Source: Carpediemonas membranifera BICM (lineage: Eukaryota > Protista > Fornicata). From it: 64,000 bases of DNA. Under the pieces are notes generated by a model. It did no database searches, was not told the origin of the DNA, and saw only the letters and a list, made by a program, of their open reading frames with translations. The stretch spans positions 1 through 64,000 of the forward strand of contig JAHDYR010000029.1 in assembly GCA_019828565.1 (NCBI GenBank). The letters run 5' to 3'. This document shows positions 12,570 to 24,869 of the stretch, piece by piece (position 1 is the stretch's first letter; each line of letters begins with the position of its first letter). The position numbers were made by a program, and so were the translations under genes.

Positions 12570-14315
12570 ATGATGGTCTGTCGCTACTACTTCCTCTACG
12601 CCAAGGACACATACGAGGACCCCGCTTTCGCCCTCGTCCTCAAGGCGAAGTTCGACGACCTTCTGGTTCGAGACGAGCTCCAGACCGAGCAGCAGGTGAA
12701 GGACACATACATCACGATCCTCTCTAAGCAACGCACCCCCCCCAGTTAAGCGCAAGGCTAAGTATTTTTTTCCGGACCCCCATCCAAACAACCGCCGAGC
12801 CAAGTAACTTTCCCATCCGCGAACCGTCGCTGGGTGCGGTGGGAACACCTTGGTGCGTCTCCTCAGGTAGTGGCATGGCTAAGGGACGGGGTTCCCATAG
12901 ACCTGACTGGTCCCCCATCTCCCCCGCCGTCGAAACCCTCCTCCTGTCCGCGAATCCAAGCCATCCTCGACGACCTGGTCCTCTCGGGGGCTCTCTCCCC
13001 AGTTTCCCCAGCCTCCCTTCGGCTGGTCTCGCCGATTTTCTCCGTGCCAAAGGGCCTCCAGGACATCAGGGTCATTCACGACTTGAGAGAACTCAACAAA
13101 GTCACACGGGAGACTCAAACGTTCCGCCTGAGGGGAATCCGACGAGCCATATCTCTGCTCGGCCGGGACTACCACATGACGAAACTAGACCTCAAAGCTG
13201 GTTACCACCAGATAGGAGTGAGGGAGGAGGACTCCTCACTCCTAGGCCTTCAGACGGCCAGGGGGTACTACAAATACAATGTGCTGGGCTTCGGCTGGCA
13301 GGCCTCTCCATTCATCTTCCAGTCCATAATGATAGAGGCCGCGAAGATAGTTCGGAAGCTGATATCCGTAGTCGTCTACCTCGACGACTGGCTGTTCTTA
13401 CACCCGTCGAGAGAGCACATGACCCAAGCCGTGCCAGCCATCCTCAGGATTATGAAGGACTTGGGCCTCGTCATCAACGCCGAGAAGTCTATCCTGACGC
13501 CAGTGCAACGCCTCGAGTTCTTGGGTGTCATTCTAGACACAACCCTGCAGCAGGTATCGATCTCCCAGGAGAGAGCGACCAAGTACAAGACAGCTGTAGA
13601 GGCACTACTGGAGGCCTCATGCGTGTCGGGCAAACAGTATGTCAGTGTAGTTGGGAAGCTACAGTTCGCGGCCTCCGTCTCGCAGCAGGCCATGCTCTCC
13701 CTACGACCACTCCAGAAGGACATGCCAGACCCACTCGTACCCTCCTATGTCCTGCCGAAGGAGAAGATCGACGCGCTGAGACATTGGGTCTCCCTCCTTT
13801 CCCAGAAGCTACCACCTCGATCCTGGGAAGACCTAAGAGCACTATGGGGCATTGGAGAGGTGATAAGTGTGTCGGCGACCTCAGATGCCTCGGAGAAGGG
13901 ATGGGGCGCAGTAGTCCTCCACAAGGGAGACCCCCCCGCGAAGAGTCAGGGCCGCTTCCCGCCCCACCTGATGGCGGAGTCCATCATGGTGAAGGAGCTG
14001 TATGCTCTCGAGCAGGCAGTGCGACTCCGGGCCGCAACCAGCAGGTCTCCCTCTTCACGGACAACACCGCCGTCATGGCCTGGGTCAACCAAGGCGCCCC
14101 AGTCGGCCTTCCCCATTCTGAAGCGCCTCTTCGACTGTTATCTCTCACGAGGCTTGTCGGTCCGGGCCTTCCATGTGGCTGGCCACCTCAACGTGACCGC
14201 AGACTGGCTCAGCAGATTTGCCAAGCTGGAGTGGGCGACCCCCAGATCGGTCTTGGAGAGGATGCAGGACAGGTGGGGACCAGCTCAGATCGATGCAGCC
14301 GCCGCGCCGGACAAG
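12570..14315 (+). mobile_element. DIRS/PAT-like retrotransposon 1 (gag remnant, RT, RNase H), 3'-truncated
   Basis: ORF 12834-14405: WLRDGVPI, IHDLRELN, LDLKAGYHQ, YLDDWL, TSDASEKGWG, HVAGHLNVTADWLSR. Confidence 0.9.
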
Positions 14316-15144
14316 ACGCTTCAGCAACGCCGTAGGCACCGCAGTAAGCATAAAGTGCGCGAGCGGCCGCGAGGGCGTCAGTGGACGTGGCTGGGAACAG
14401 TCTGATGTACCTGGAGAAGGTGTCCACGATCGAGATGATGTAGGAGTTTCCCGACGGCGTGGTGGGTAGGGGCCCAAGAGTGTCGACCTGAACTCTGTGG
14501 AAAGGAGCGTCCGAGGAGGATGGGTGATACGCGATGGGGCACTCTCTGGCAGGGGCATGCAGCTGGCAGTGGGGGCAGGCCTTGATCCAGCGTCTGATGT
14601 CTTTGTACATGCCAGGCCACGTGGTCTTGGCGGCTTTGACACGGCGAATGCACTCGTCGACGCCGAAGTTTCCGACCGCGTCATTGTGGACGGCGGAGAA
14701 CTTGTCGAAGTGAGGCTCTTGGACGACAGCGTTGACTACAGGCGCGTCGGGGAGGATCCGGGAGAGGACGTCTGCAATGACGTTGTCGACGCCACGGACG
14801 TGCTGAATGGTGAAGCGAAACTCGGATAGTCGTAGGGCCCAGCGGAGAAGCTTTTTGACAGTCGGGGCCTTCCGTCTGAGTTGGACGAGGTTGCTATGGT
14901 CGGTGTGGACATGTAGGTCAGACTTGATCTGGAAGAGGGGTTCGAAGACCTTGTTGGTGAGGACAGAGATCACGGCATGCAACTCTTGTTCGTATGTTGA
15001 CCAATTCGACATAGTCTTGTCGTAGGTCTTCTGGAAACAGGCCAGAATTGAGCGAGTACCGTCCTCCTCATCTTGTATTAGCACGCCTCCTTCGCCAAGT
15101 GATGAAGCGTCGGTGTAAATGTGCCAGGGTCTATCGAGGTCTGG
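14316..15144 (-). mobile_element. pol: Ty3/gypsy pol fragment (RNase H and integrase N-terminal part)
   Basis: YTDASS, EQELHA, TDHSNL, ADVLSR, CPHC, QVDTLGPLP. Truncated on both sides. Confidence 0.9.
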
Positions 15145-15228
15145 TGACGTTGTCGGTGGGAAACATTTTAATCTCGACACAATGGTGTCGTAATCATCAA
15201 CTGATTAAATGATAAGGAGTCTACGACA
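15145..15228 (-). repeat. 3' LTR of element A (84 bp)
   Basis: TG...CA ends; same sequence at 23435 and 40993. Confidence 0.9.
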
Positions 15229-15960
15229 TCCTGCTCCTCCCCCGCTCCGAGGTGTTCAACGGCTTCCATCGAATCCTATGTTGCCGGAGGTAGTCGGAAA
15301 TTGGGCCGACCTTGGCATTGTCGCGTGTCAGTGGTTCCCATGTCGTCTGGGTGTAGCCCTCCCACTTAATGAGTAGGGTGTGGTCTCGAGTGTTGTGCTC
15401 AAGTACTTGTTCTACAATGTATCTCTCGTCGTCGGAGGCGGCATACTGTCTCGCCAACTCCAGGGAGATGTCAGGGCAGAGGGCAATCTTGTCCAGATGC
15501 GTGAATTGCCTCTCGTCATTGAGTAGGGACGCTACTTCAACAGCGTTGTTGCTGTGGATTGCGTGAACCTTGAATGGGCCGAGTAGGCCGTGCAGCTTGT
15601 GCTTGACAGCTGGTTTGATGAACACTAGGTCACCTGACCTAATAGCTGGGCGTGTTGGGGCAGGGCCCAGCCTCTCCTCCCTCTTGTTGCACTGAGTTAT
15701 AACCTTGTCCAGATTGTCCTGGACGTGAGCTAGTCGATCGAGATATTGCGCGATATCGGGTCTCTCTAGCGCCGCTTGTTGATTTCTGACCAGACCGATC
15801 TCTGCTCGGCGGCCGTAGACGACCTCGTGCGGCGATACGCCGAGCTTCGTGTGTGTTGATGTGTTCAAGATGTGTTGGACGAAGGGGAGGAGTTGGCTCC
15901 ACTCTCCATAGCCGTCCATAGCCAGCGCCAGCCATCTGAGGTGACGTCCGACTTCCGCGT
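15221..15960 (-). CDS. pol: Element A pol C-terminus: end of integrase core, GPF motif, chromodomain
   Basis: SPHEVVYG, LLGPFKV, YIVEQVLEH..LIKWEGY..TWEP. Confidence 0.9.
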
Positions 15961-18900
15961 TGTGCCCTTAACCTGCGGAATTCGTAAAACAGTCTTTATC
16001 ATATTTCTGGGCCCTAGCACGGCACAGTATCGATACTGCCGATTAAAATGAAGACTCTTACAATTGACACCCCGTTCGCCGTCGAGAGAGCACTCCAGGA
16101 GTACCTCTCGGCGATGCCCCACGAGAAGAATCCAATTTCGTTCTTTAGGGCATTGTACCCCGAGACAACAGAAAAACTTCGCGCCCAGTGGCGCCCAACC
16201 ACTCTTTTTGACACTTTCGAGGACCTACAACGAACCGTTCTGTCCGATTCCGATGCTCGCCGCGCGGCGAACACAAGCTCTGCCAGTACTGCGGCACGAG
16301 CCCGTACAACGAAGACCGACAACCTCACCGCCATCTGGGTAGAGGAGGTACAGAAGACCATAAGAAAAGCCACGTTCGCCGCCTGTAGCGAGTGTGCAGC
16401 TAAGCACAAGGACCCCACCCTGACAGCAATGACCCGGGAGTGCCTTGAAGCTCAACATCCCCAGATACTGACTGACTGCGGCAAGAAGGCCCGCGACTTC
16501 TTCACCCAGCTGACCGACGACCACGACATCGCAAACGTCGAGACAGTCGCACGGCCTGGCAACCTGACCGGCCCGGACGGCGAAGACGTCTCGGTGGCGT
16601 TCGTGTACATGCCCCCAGTGCCCGAGGAGACCAAGCCCGCCCCCTCCTCGGCGGCTTGGCCAGTCTTCGATGGCGGGGACGTCTACGCTTTCCTCGCCAA
16701 GGAGGCGACCTCCATCGCCCCCTACCTCGCATATACCCTCTTGACTAGTACGGACCCGGGCGCAAGAGCCAAGCTCCTCAAGGCAAAGCTCGACAACATC
16801 ACGCTATACGGTCCGGAGCCCCGGCACCGAACGGCCGTCGAGAAGGCACGTAAGCTCATAAGCGCCCTCAACCCAGACATCAAGGACGTCCCCACCATCT
16901 CCGCAAAACTGCTCGAGCGGATCATTCGGGACTTCGCCACTAGAGGTTTCTCCAAAGAAGCCGAGGATGTATACGAAGAAGAGATTGAGGACTACTCCGA
17001 CAAGATCAGCGAACTTCTCGACAAACTACGCGACTTGGATGTTGATCACGACGAGAACATCATTATCCCATGGCGTGCCTTCAGACTCGCCAGCCCACAA
17101 GCCGACAACAACGAGCAGGCGTCGGGCACTTCAGGCAGGAAGCCGCTCGCTCGCAGGCTCGATGGTCGCGATCCGTTCCAGCAGTTCAGGGACAAGACCA
17201 AGTTCCGCATGCCTCCTTCCCACACGAGATACTGCACACAGCATGGCTGGAACCCGCACCACGAGACGAAGGACTGCAGGTTCCTCATCAGACGGGAGGC
17301 TTACAAGGCCCAAGAACGCCAGCCACAGACCGAGAAGCGTCAGGAACGCAGACCCGAAGAGCGGCAAAAGCAGCCCGGCAACCGCGCACGCCCTGTGGCG
17401 CCCACCAGTCACCAACAGTCGGATCGCCGGGCCGGCCGCATGGACCTCCGCCCCTCGTCTACCCTGAAGAACCCCCGCCGCGTCGATGAGGTGTTTGACG
17501 CGGATGAAGCGTCTCATTCGGAGTTGGAGAACGAAGTCTACGAGATCGAGGACATCATACTCGACAAGGACCCGGTGAAGGTCCCGGCTGTTATCAACGG
17601 CCAGCACATGAACGTCAAGTTCGACATCGGCGCTTGCACGTCGGTCATATCAGCCCCTGCCCTCGCAGCGATCCCCGACGTGACCCTGATACCGACCTCA
17701 GTCGAACTTCTCGGCGCTGGGGACGATATCATCTCCACTGGCAAAGCCGCCAAGGTCTCGCTGACCCTCCCCAGTGTCGACGGAAAGACCGTGACCACCA
17801 CTGCGTTGCTCATGGTCACGAAGGGCCAGAGGAAGAAGGTCCTCATCGGACGCGATTTGCTCCGCCGCCTCGGCTTCCTGCTGAACGACCGGCTACTAAT
17901 ACCGTCCGCTGACCCGATCGATGACGACGACGGCCTGGGACAGCACCCCTACCTCGACTCGACAACAGAAGAAGTCGACCCCGAGGAAGAGTGGCGCAAG
18001 GTTAAGCTGCCGACCGAAGAGAACCCGGAGCTGGCTGCCTGGCTGACCGACTTCCTTCGCGAGCGCAAGGCCGTGTTTGGCCCTCTACCTCCGGATGGCA
18101 GCAGGATGCCGCCACACGAGATCGTCGTCGATCCAAGCCGCCCTACACCCAGGGCCCGACCCAGGCCGTTGAAGGGTGACCCGGGAAACTCAGCCCTCGC
18201 GGAGATCGACAAGATGCTCAACCAGGGCGTGATCCGAGAGAGTCAAAGTCCGCACTCTAGCCCGCACGTCATGGCAAAGAAGAAGAGCGGCGAAGACCGC
18301 TTCTGCATCGCTTACAACGTCTTGAACAACGCCACCATCGACGACCTGTACCCCACGCCGGACATCCGATCGTTTGTACACGAGGCGAGCGGATGCTCCG
18401 TGTTCGCGGCGCTCGACCTGCGCAGCGGATACTGGCAGCAGAACATGGCAACCGATAGCATCCCGCTCACCGCATTCACCGTCCCGGGCGGGCATTACGA
18501 GTTCTTACGTACACCATTCGGGCTGAAGAACGCCCCAGCAAAGTTCCAGCGAGCCATGGACGAGATGCTCGCTGGTATCGACGGTTCGAGAGCCTATATC
18601 GACGATATCTTTGCGTACGCCCGCTCCATTCAGGATTTCAAGTCGACCCTCACCCAGATCTTCGACCAGTTGGAAGCTTACGATATCAAACTCCGCGCCG
18701 ACAAGTGTGCCATTGGCATGAAGGAGGTTGAAGTCTGTGGGTTTATAGTCAACGAGTCTGGCAGGTCGGTTTCCCCTCACGTATCGCAGCCATCCAGGAC
18801 CTCACACCCCCAACGACGACAACGGAGCTGCGCCGCACGCTAGGCAAGTTCAACTATCTGTCAAACTATATCCCACACCTCGCCCACGCATCAGCCCCGC

Positions 18901-20877
18901 TCAACGCCCTCCTAAAGGGATCGCCGCAGAAGTCGGCCCCCTCGATTGGACTGCCACTGAGGACGAAGCATTCGCCCGTATGAAGACCCTAGTAGCCGAG
19001 CACACCGCCCTCGCGCTCCCAGACCTGAGTGCAAAGTGGACTCTCGAGACCGACGCATCGTCGACCGCCATCGGTGGTGTACTGTGGCAGGGCGAGGGTG
19101 ACGAGAAGGTCCCACTCGCCTTCTACAGCAAGACCCTCGACGAGACCCAGCAACGGTGGTCCACGGTGGAACAGGAGCTTTTCGCCATTGTCTATTGTGT
19201 AACGCGACCAGAGTTTTCCCCCCTCTTCAAGCTGAAGCCGTTCGAGCTTCGCACGGACCATCGTAATCTGATATGGCTACTCAGGAAGACAGACGAGGAC
19301 GGCACTAAGAAACTGACACGATGGCGACTCACCATGACAGAGTATCCGTATAACGTCACACACATAGCTGGAGCGCAGAACCTCGTAGCCGACGCACTGT
19401 CGCGGCCATCATCTCAGCGCAAGAACGAGGTGCGCCGCTCGATCGACCACGTCACGACGACGCGCCAAGAGCAGATCACCAGGGCGCACGCCGGTGCACA
19501 GGGCCACGTCGGCCTAGACCAGACCATCGCCAATCTGAAGCAGTCCGGTGTCACGTGGCCAGGCATGTCGGATGACGTCCGCGCGACCTTACGCCAGTGT
19601 CCAATCTGTCGCAAGACAAAGCCAGCCCGCAAGGAGCCGATCAAGTGGCACTCTACTCAGCGCATCCGCCCATTCGAGACGGTGCAGGTGGACACCATTG
19701 GCCCTTTGCCCGAGAGAGACGGTCTCAAGTACGTCATCACGGTGGTGGACGTGTTCTCGAAGTTCACCATATTGAAGCCCACACGGTCAACGAGCGCAGC
19801 CGAGGCAGCAGCCGCATTGCTGGAGATCTGGGCGACTTTCGGCGTCCCGGCCGAGCTCCAGTCTGACCAAGGTACACAGTTCAGGAATGCCCTAGTCGAG
19901 GAGATGAACGAGCGACTGAGCCTCAAGCACCGGTTCAGTACGGCATATCATCCGGCCAGCAACGGCGTAGTCGAACGCCTGAATGGTACCGTCATGAGAC
20001 GCTTAAGAGCGCTCCTGCTGGACGCCCGCGACGACAACTGGCCCGCATACCTGCCCATCGCCCAGCACGTTATCAACGCCACCCGCCACTCCACCACAGG
20101 CCTCAGCCCCTTCGAACTATTGTTCGGACGCAAGTCAACCATGCTGCGCGTCGCGCCCGACGCCCTGACCAACGCAACCCAGATGCTCGAGCCGGGCTCA
20201 GTCGAAGCCGACGACATCGTCCGCTTCCAGGCCCACGTCACGTCGCTCCAACAACTTGCCGCGATCAAGGTCAAAGCCTACGAGGTAAACAAGGCTGCAG
20301 GCTCCTCGGACAGCACACGGGCCTGGGAGAACGAAACCTACGTCCTGCTGAGATACCCGGGCAAGCCGCCGACCAAGCTACTCCCGCCTCTGCGCGGACC
20401 GCTCCGCATGGAGGGGAAGGGCGATCACCCCAACACCTACAAGGTGATGGATCTCGTGTCGAAGTGCGTCGCCACAGTCCACGCAGACCGACTCGTCACA
20501 TTCCACGCCGACGGCCTCACGGAGAAGGAGCTCGAGGAAATTGCCGCCTACGAGCAAGATGAACAACCCGTGGAGGCAGTCGTAGGCCACCGTAAGAAGA
20601 AGAACGGCTCTCTGGAGCTACTGATCCGTTGGGAAGGCCTCACCCCCGACGAGGACTCATACATCCCCTATAATCGCTACTACGACCAGCTCGAGGCTAT
20701 CGACAGTTATCTCGAGCTCAATCCTGGTCTCAAGCCGATGTTTGAGAGTGCTAAGAAGAAGTTCCGCAGGAGCGGTCGCCGTTAGTCGTGCGACACGCAT
20801 TGGGAGGGAAGTGTGCCCTTAACCTGCGGAATTCGTAAAACAGTCTTTATCATATTTCTGGGCCCTAGCACGGCACA
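15961..20877 (+). mobile_element. Full-length chromodomain Ty3/gypsy element B, identical 66 bp LTRs, 4 bp TSD GCGT
   Basis: LTRs 15961-16026 and 20812-20877 (TGTGCC...GGCACA), TSD at 15957-15960 and 20878-20881, PPT GGGAGGGAAG at 20802-20811. Confidence 0.97.
16048..20785 (+). CDS. gag-pol: Gag-Pol polyprotein of element B (gag with CxxH..H..C finger, PR, RT, RH, IN, chromodomain); one frameshift near 18780
   Basis: FDIGA, LDLRSGYWQ, YIDD, ETDASS, SDQGTQF, NGVVER, LIRWEG. Confidence 0.93.
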
Positions 20878-23372
20878 GCGTTCCGGCGCTCGACCACCCC
20901 GTTACTTTGAGGATGGTATGGCAACGTCCGCTGGTGGTGCGCTCCGAGCTGTTCAATCAGGAGGCTCACGACCTGATTAACATACTCTGTTCCGTTGTCA
21001 CTCTTGATGTAGCTTGGGATGCCGTGGCGGGTGACGGCCAGCCATAGGACGTCGACCGCGCTCTGGGCATTGTTTGCGGTTGCCGCATGCAGCTCTGTGT
21101 AGCGTGTGTAGAGGTCCGTGATGACGTAGATGTACTTGGCCTCATACGCGTCCTCCGACAGCGGTCCCACCGTGTCGATGGCTATGGTGTTCCAGAACGA
21201 GTCTTGAATGGTGCGCCCCTCTGGGGCTGACAAGAACTGCTTGAGCCTTGTCTTGGCACAGGTGGGGCACTGCTGGACGAAGTTGCTCACGTCTCTAGCG
21301 CGGCCGGGCCACCAGGCGACCTCGGCTACCCGTTGAAGCGTATCAGCTCTGCCGCTATGTCTGCTGTGGGCGGCTTTGATCAGCTTGTGTCGTAGCGCTC
21401 TGGCGTCTTTGGGGAGGACGGGGACGGCATCCTTCACCCAGGTGTTGTTGTTGATGGTGGCACCAGCGCGTCGCCAAGAATCCTTCTCCTCTTGGGAGGT
21501 GTTCTTTTGAGCAGAACTAATCTCATCGTTCCAATCTGTAAGCTCCACGGCTAGTGCGTCGATGCGGGACATCAAGTCCGCAGTCTCGTTATCAAGACCG
21601 GCGATATGTTCGATTGTATACTGATAATCCGATAGTAACAGCGACCAACGGAGGATCTTATCGTTCTTAAGCTTCTTCTGATCAAGATAAACAAGGTTCT
21701 TGTGATCAGTCTGAATTGTCAGATTTGGGTGAATCCTGAAGAGCTGGCCAAGATCTGGTCTGGTCAGGCAGTGTATGATTGCGAACAGCTCCTGTTCGTA
21801 GGTACTCCACCTTGTCTGAGTCTTGTTGAAGGATCCCGAGAAGAACGAGACTATCTCTTGGCGTCCGTCGTCCCCCTCCTGAGTGAGGATGCCACCGAAT
21901 CCTATATCTGAGGCGTCCGTCTGGAGCACCCACTTCTTGTTGAGGTCCGGATGGACCAGTACTAGGTACTTCTCGAGGCGTCTCTTGAACTCGTCAAGTG
22001 CCTCATCATGAATCGATGACCAAATGAAATCGGCGCCATCGGTGGCCGACCGCAAGTCATTGATGGGAGATAGTACTCTACTAGCGTCAGGAACAAATTT
22101 CGCTACGTAGTTCAGCGAACCACACATTGAAAGAAGTCCTTTCTTCGTCGTTGGCGTTTTCAGGGCATGGATTCCCTCCACGCGTTCCTTGCTTAGCTTT
22201 AGGCCCTCTGTATTACAGATGAAGCCTAGCATCTCCACCTCCTCCACGCCAATCTTGCATTTCGGCGCTTTGAGCCGGAGGCGTTGTTCCTTGCAGATAT
22301 CAAGGACGTTGTGCAGCCGTTCTAGGAACTCCTTCTTCGTGCGGCCATATATCATGACATCGTCGATGTAGATAGCCACGCCGTGGTGTAGCTCCTTCGC
22401 GAAGGCCTTCTCCATACATCTCTGAAAGTGTGATGGGGCGTTGCAGAGGCCAAACGGGAGTCTCTCGAACTCCTCGTACGCATCCGGGGTGATAAAGGCG
22501 GTCTTGGGGATGTCCTCCTCCTTAACCTTGACTTGATAGTAACCTTGTCTCAGGTCGAGACTGGCGTAGTACTCTGCGCCTGCGGCTTCCCGCAGGTACG
22601 CCCTGATGTCAGGTAGCGGGTACCTATCCCGCTTCGTGTGACGGTTGATGACGGTGTAGTCTACACATAGGCGAATCTTGGTCGACCCCTTGTGCCCGTT
22701 CGAAACCACCACTACGGGCGAGGCATATGGCCCGTGACTGTGGCGGATAATGTGCTGGAGGTGCATCTGCGTGACCTCCTGGCGCACCTTCTCTCGCTTT
22801 TCCTCCGAGAGGTGTCTCGGTTTTTGGTTGAACTCATTCACCCAGTCGTCGGAAATGAAATCAATAGACATCGGTTCAAGCTTGCTGCCTTCTGTAGGGA
22901 GCTCTTCCTCGAACATTTCTTCGTATGCAGCGCAGATCTCTCGTGCTGCTGCGCCGGTTTCGTTCTCGCCGAACTCGATCTTATCGATTTCGGTCTTGAT
23001 GCTCCAATTATCAGCGTGTTCCGCCGATAAGTAGCTGTGGTTGTAAGGGAGGATGTCATCTTCCTTCTCCGGGCCTTCTGGCGACGGGAAAGGGAGGAAG
23101 ATTCCTCTGTCGCTGATGAACCCGAGGGCTCTCAGTTGATCTACGCCCAATAGGAGCTTCTCCACAGGACCTGGGAGTACTCTGAAGCTGATGTTCTTGA
23201 CTATGGGTCTCGTGGTCAGGTGTGGGAGCTCGACGCGGAGCTCAACCATCTCATTACCCTTGACGGTGCTACCTCCCGCCAGCGAGACGATAAACGGTTG
23301 GCACTTCTTCGGCTTGATGGAGTTGTCACGCTCTCTCAGAGTGTGAAGCAGTCGGCTGCTAATGAATGAGCC
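20878..23372 (-). CDS. pol: Element A pol (partial PR, RT, RH, IN)
   Basis: ORF 20865-23249: LDLRQGYYQ, YIDD, QTDASD, SDNGTEY, NGVVER. Confidence 0.93.
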
Positions 23373-23434
23373 TTGGCCGACATACGCGGGAAATTATAAT
23401 CGATTTCCAACTGAACCATTACGAGTGATCACTA

Positions 23435-23518
23435 TGACGTTGTCGGTGGGAAACATTTTAATCTCGACACAATGGTGTCGTAATCATCAACTGATTAAAT
23501 GATAAGGAGTCTACGAGA
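23435..23518 (-). repeat. 5' LTR of element A
   Basis: Matches 15145-15228 except the terminal dinucleotide. Followed by a palindrome and the gag ATG at 23419 (MVQLEIDYNF). Confidence 0.88.
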
Positions 23519-24600
23519 GATGGCTTCACGCCGAGTTGGTAGTAGCCTGAGCGTAGGTCTAGCTTCACTGCGCTGTCGTCCGGGGCTGCGATCTCCAAGA
23601 GGCGCTTGAGGCCGAAAAGGCGGAACACCCGCCGCTCCTTCGTAACGTCGTTCAACGTTCTGAGATCGTGTATCAGTCGCGGGGAGCCGTCGGACTTTGG
23701 AGTAGTGAATATGGGGGAGACTAGACGAGGCCTGCGACTGCAGATGCGCTCGACTTGGGACTTGACGAGCTCCTGCATGAGTGGTCGGAGGCACTCGGAG
23801 GCCGCGGGCGATAGGGGTCGGGGCTTGGGCTGACGTGGCGACCCGGTGATCTCGATCGGGACGCCTGCCTCGATCCACGAGACCACGTCTGAGGGCGCTC
23901 CCGAGGCGGACCAGAGCTGATGACGGGCTATCGTGGGAAATGTGAGGAGTCTCGGAGGAGGAGAGAGACGTTGAGGAGGGATGTGCGAGTGTGAGAGGTG
24001 GTGAGAGAGATCTTGAAGATGGCTTGTTACTGGCGGCTTCTTTTCGGTCCGGGCTTGCCCGCCTTGAAGGCGGAGCGCTCTTGCTGAGCCTGGGCCAGAC
24101 GGGGAAATTTTGCCAGCGTGTGAAGAATGCGCTGCTCGAGCTCCAGTTGGCGCGTGGCAACATCGGCGTGTTGGGCGTCTCTCGGCGGGGTGGCGATGAA
24201 AGCCTTTGAAGCGATGCTCACAGCTGCGGCTGCCTGGTAGCCGTAACGGTCCTTGATGTCGAGAGATCGGTGGCGTGCGTAGAGCTCGAGCAAGATGACG
24301 TCGATGTCGATCGGCTCCTCGTAGCGCATCATACGGTATATGCGCTCGATCCAATCAGCTTCCTCGCGCATTGAGGAGGACTGAGGCTTGGACCAGCCCT
24401 CGTTGCGGGCGTTCCTCTGCAGCTCCTGCACACGAGCGTTCATGAGGAGTAGTTCTTGCGTAGGACCTTAAGCTCATCTTCTTCGACTGGTTGGACGTTC
24501 CCCTGCTCGTCAGGGGCTCTGACTTCTTCTGCTTCTCCTTCCATCTCTCCTTCTGCCTGATTCGATCTCCTCCCGCCAAACGAATCATCTATCAAATCGC
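23519..24600 (-). mobile_element. DIRS/PAT-like retrotransposon 2 (gag, 5' RT), truncated at the A LTR
   Basis: WIEAGVPIE, LIHDLRTLN, LDLRSGYYQ; gag-like ORF 24027-24443. Confidence 0.85.
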
Positions 24601-24722
24601 CTATCAAATCTCATAAAGATTCACCTCGGATCTCCCGGATCTCGGAGGCTTGCCCAGGACGCCGCACTTGGCGTGTCTCCGCCCCGTCACGGAATTGTCA
24701 CGTCGCCTTTGGTCTCGGCAAA

Positions 24723-24796
24723 GACTTCGTGGATCAGTGGTTTAGATCATTTGCCTTACACGCAACAGGTCGTGGGTTCGATCCCCACCGAAGTCA
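24723..24796 (+). tRNA. trnV: tRNA-Val(TAC)
   Basis: Cloverleaf: GACTTCG/CGAAGTC acceptor stem, anticodon loop CTTACAC, T loop TTCGATC. Confidence 0.92.
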
Positions 24797-24869
24797 TAAC
24801 CTTAGGTATGATGGCCAGATTTTGCTGGCCATATTGCCATATAACACGATTGTATACGACGGGATATCT

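Larger units (their letters stand above)
15145..23518 (-). mobile_element. Chromodomain Ty3/gypsy element A, 84 bp LTRs, most of gag deleted, interrupted by element B
   Basis: LTRs at 15145-15228 and 23435-23518, PPT-like purine tract at 15229-15243. Pol reads continuously across the B insertion (VERRNA|EVGRHL). Confidence 0.9.

Noticed and set aside
18770-18800. Programmed frameshift within RT of element B
   Set aside because: Unusual position beside a C-run in a window full of homopolymer indels; more likely an error or mutation.
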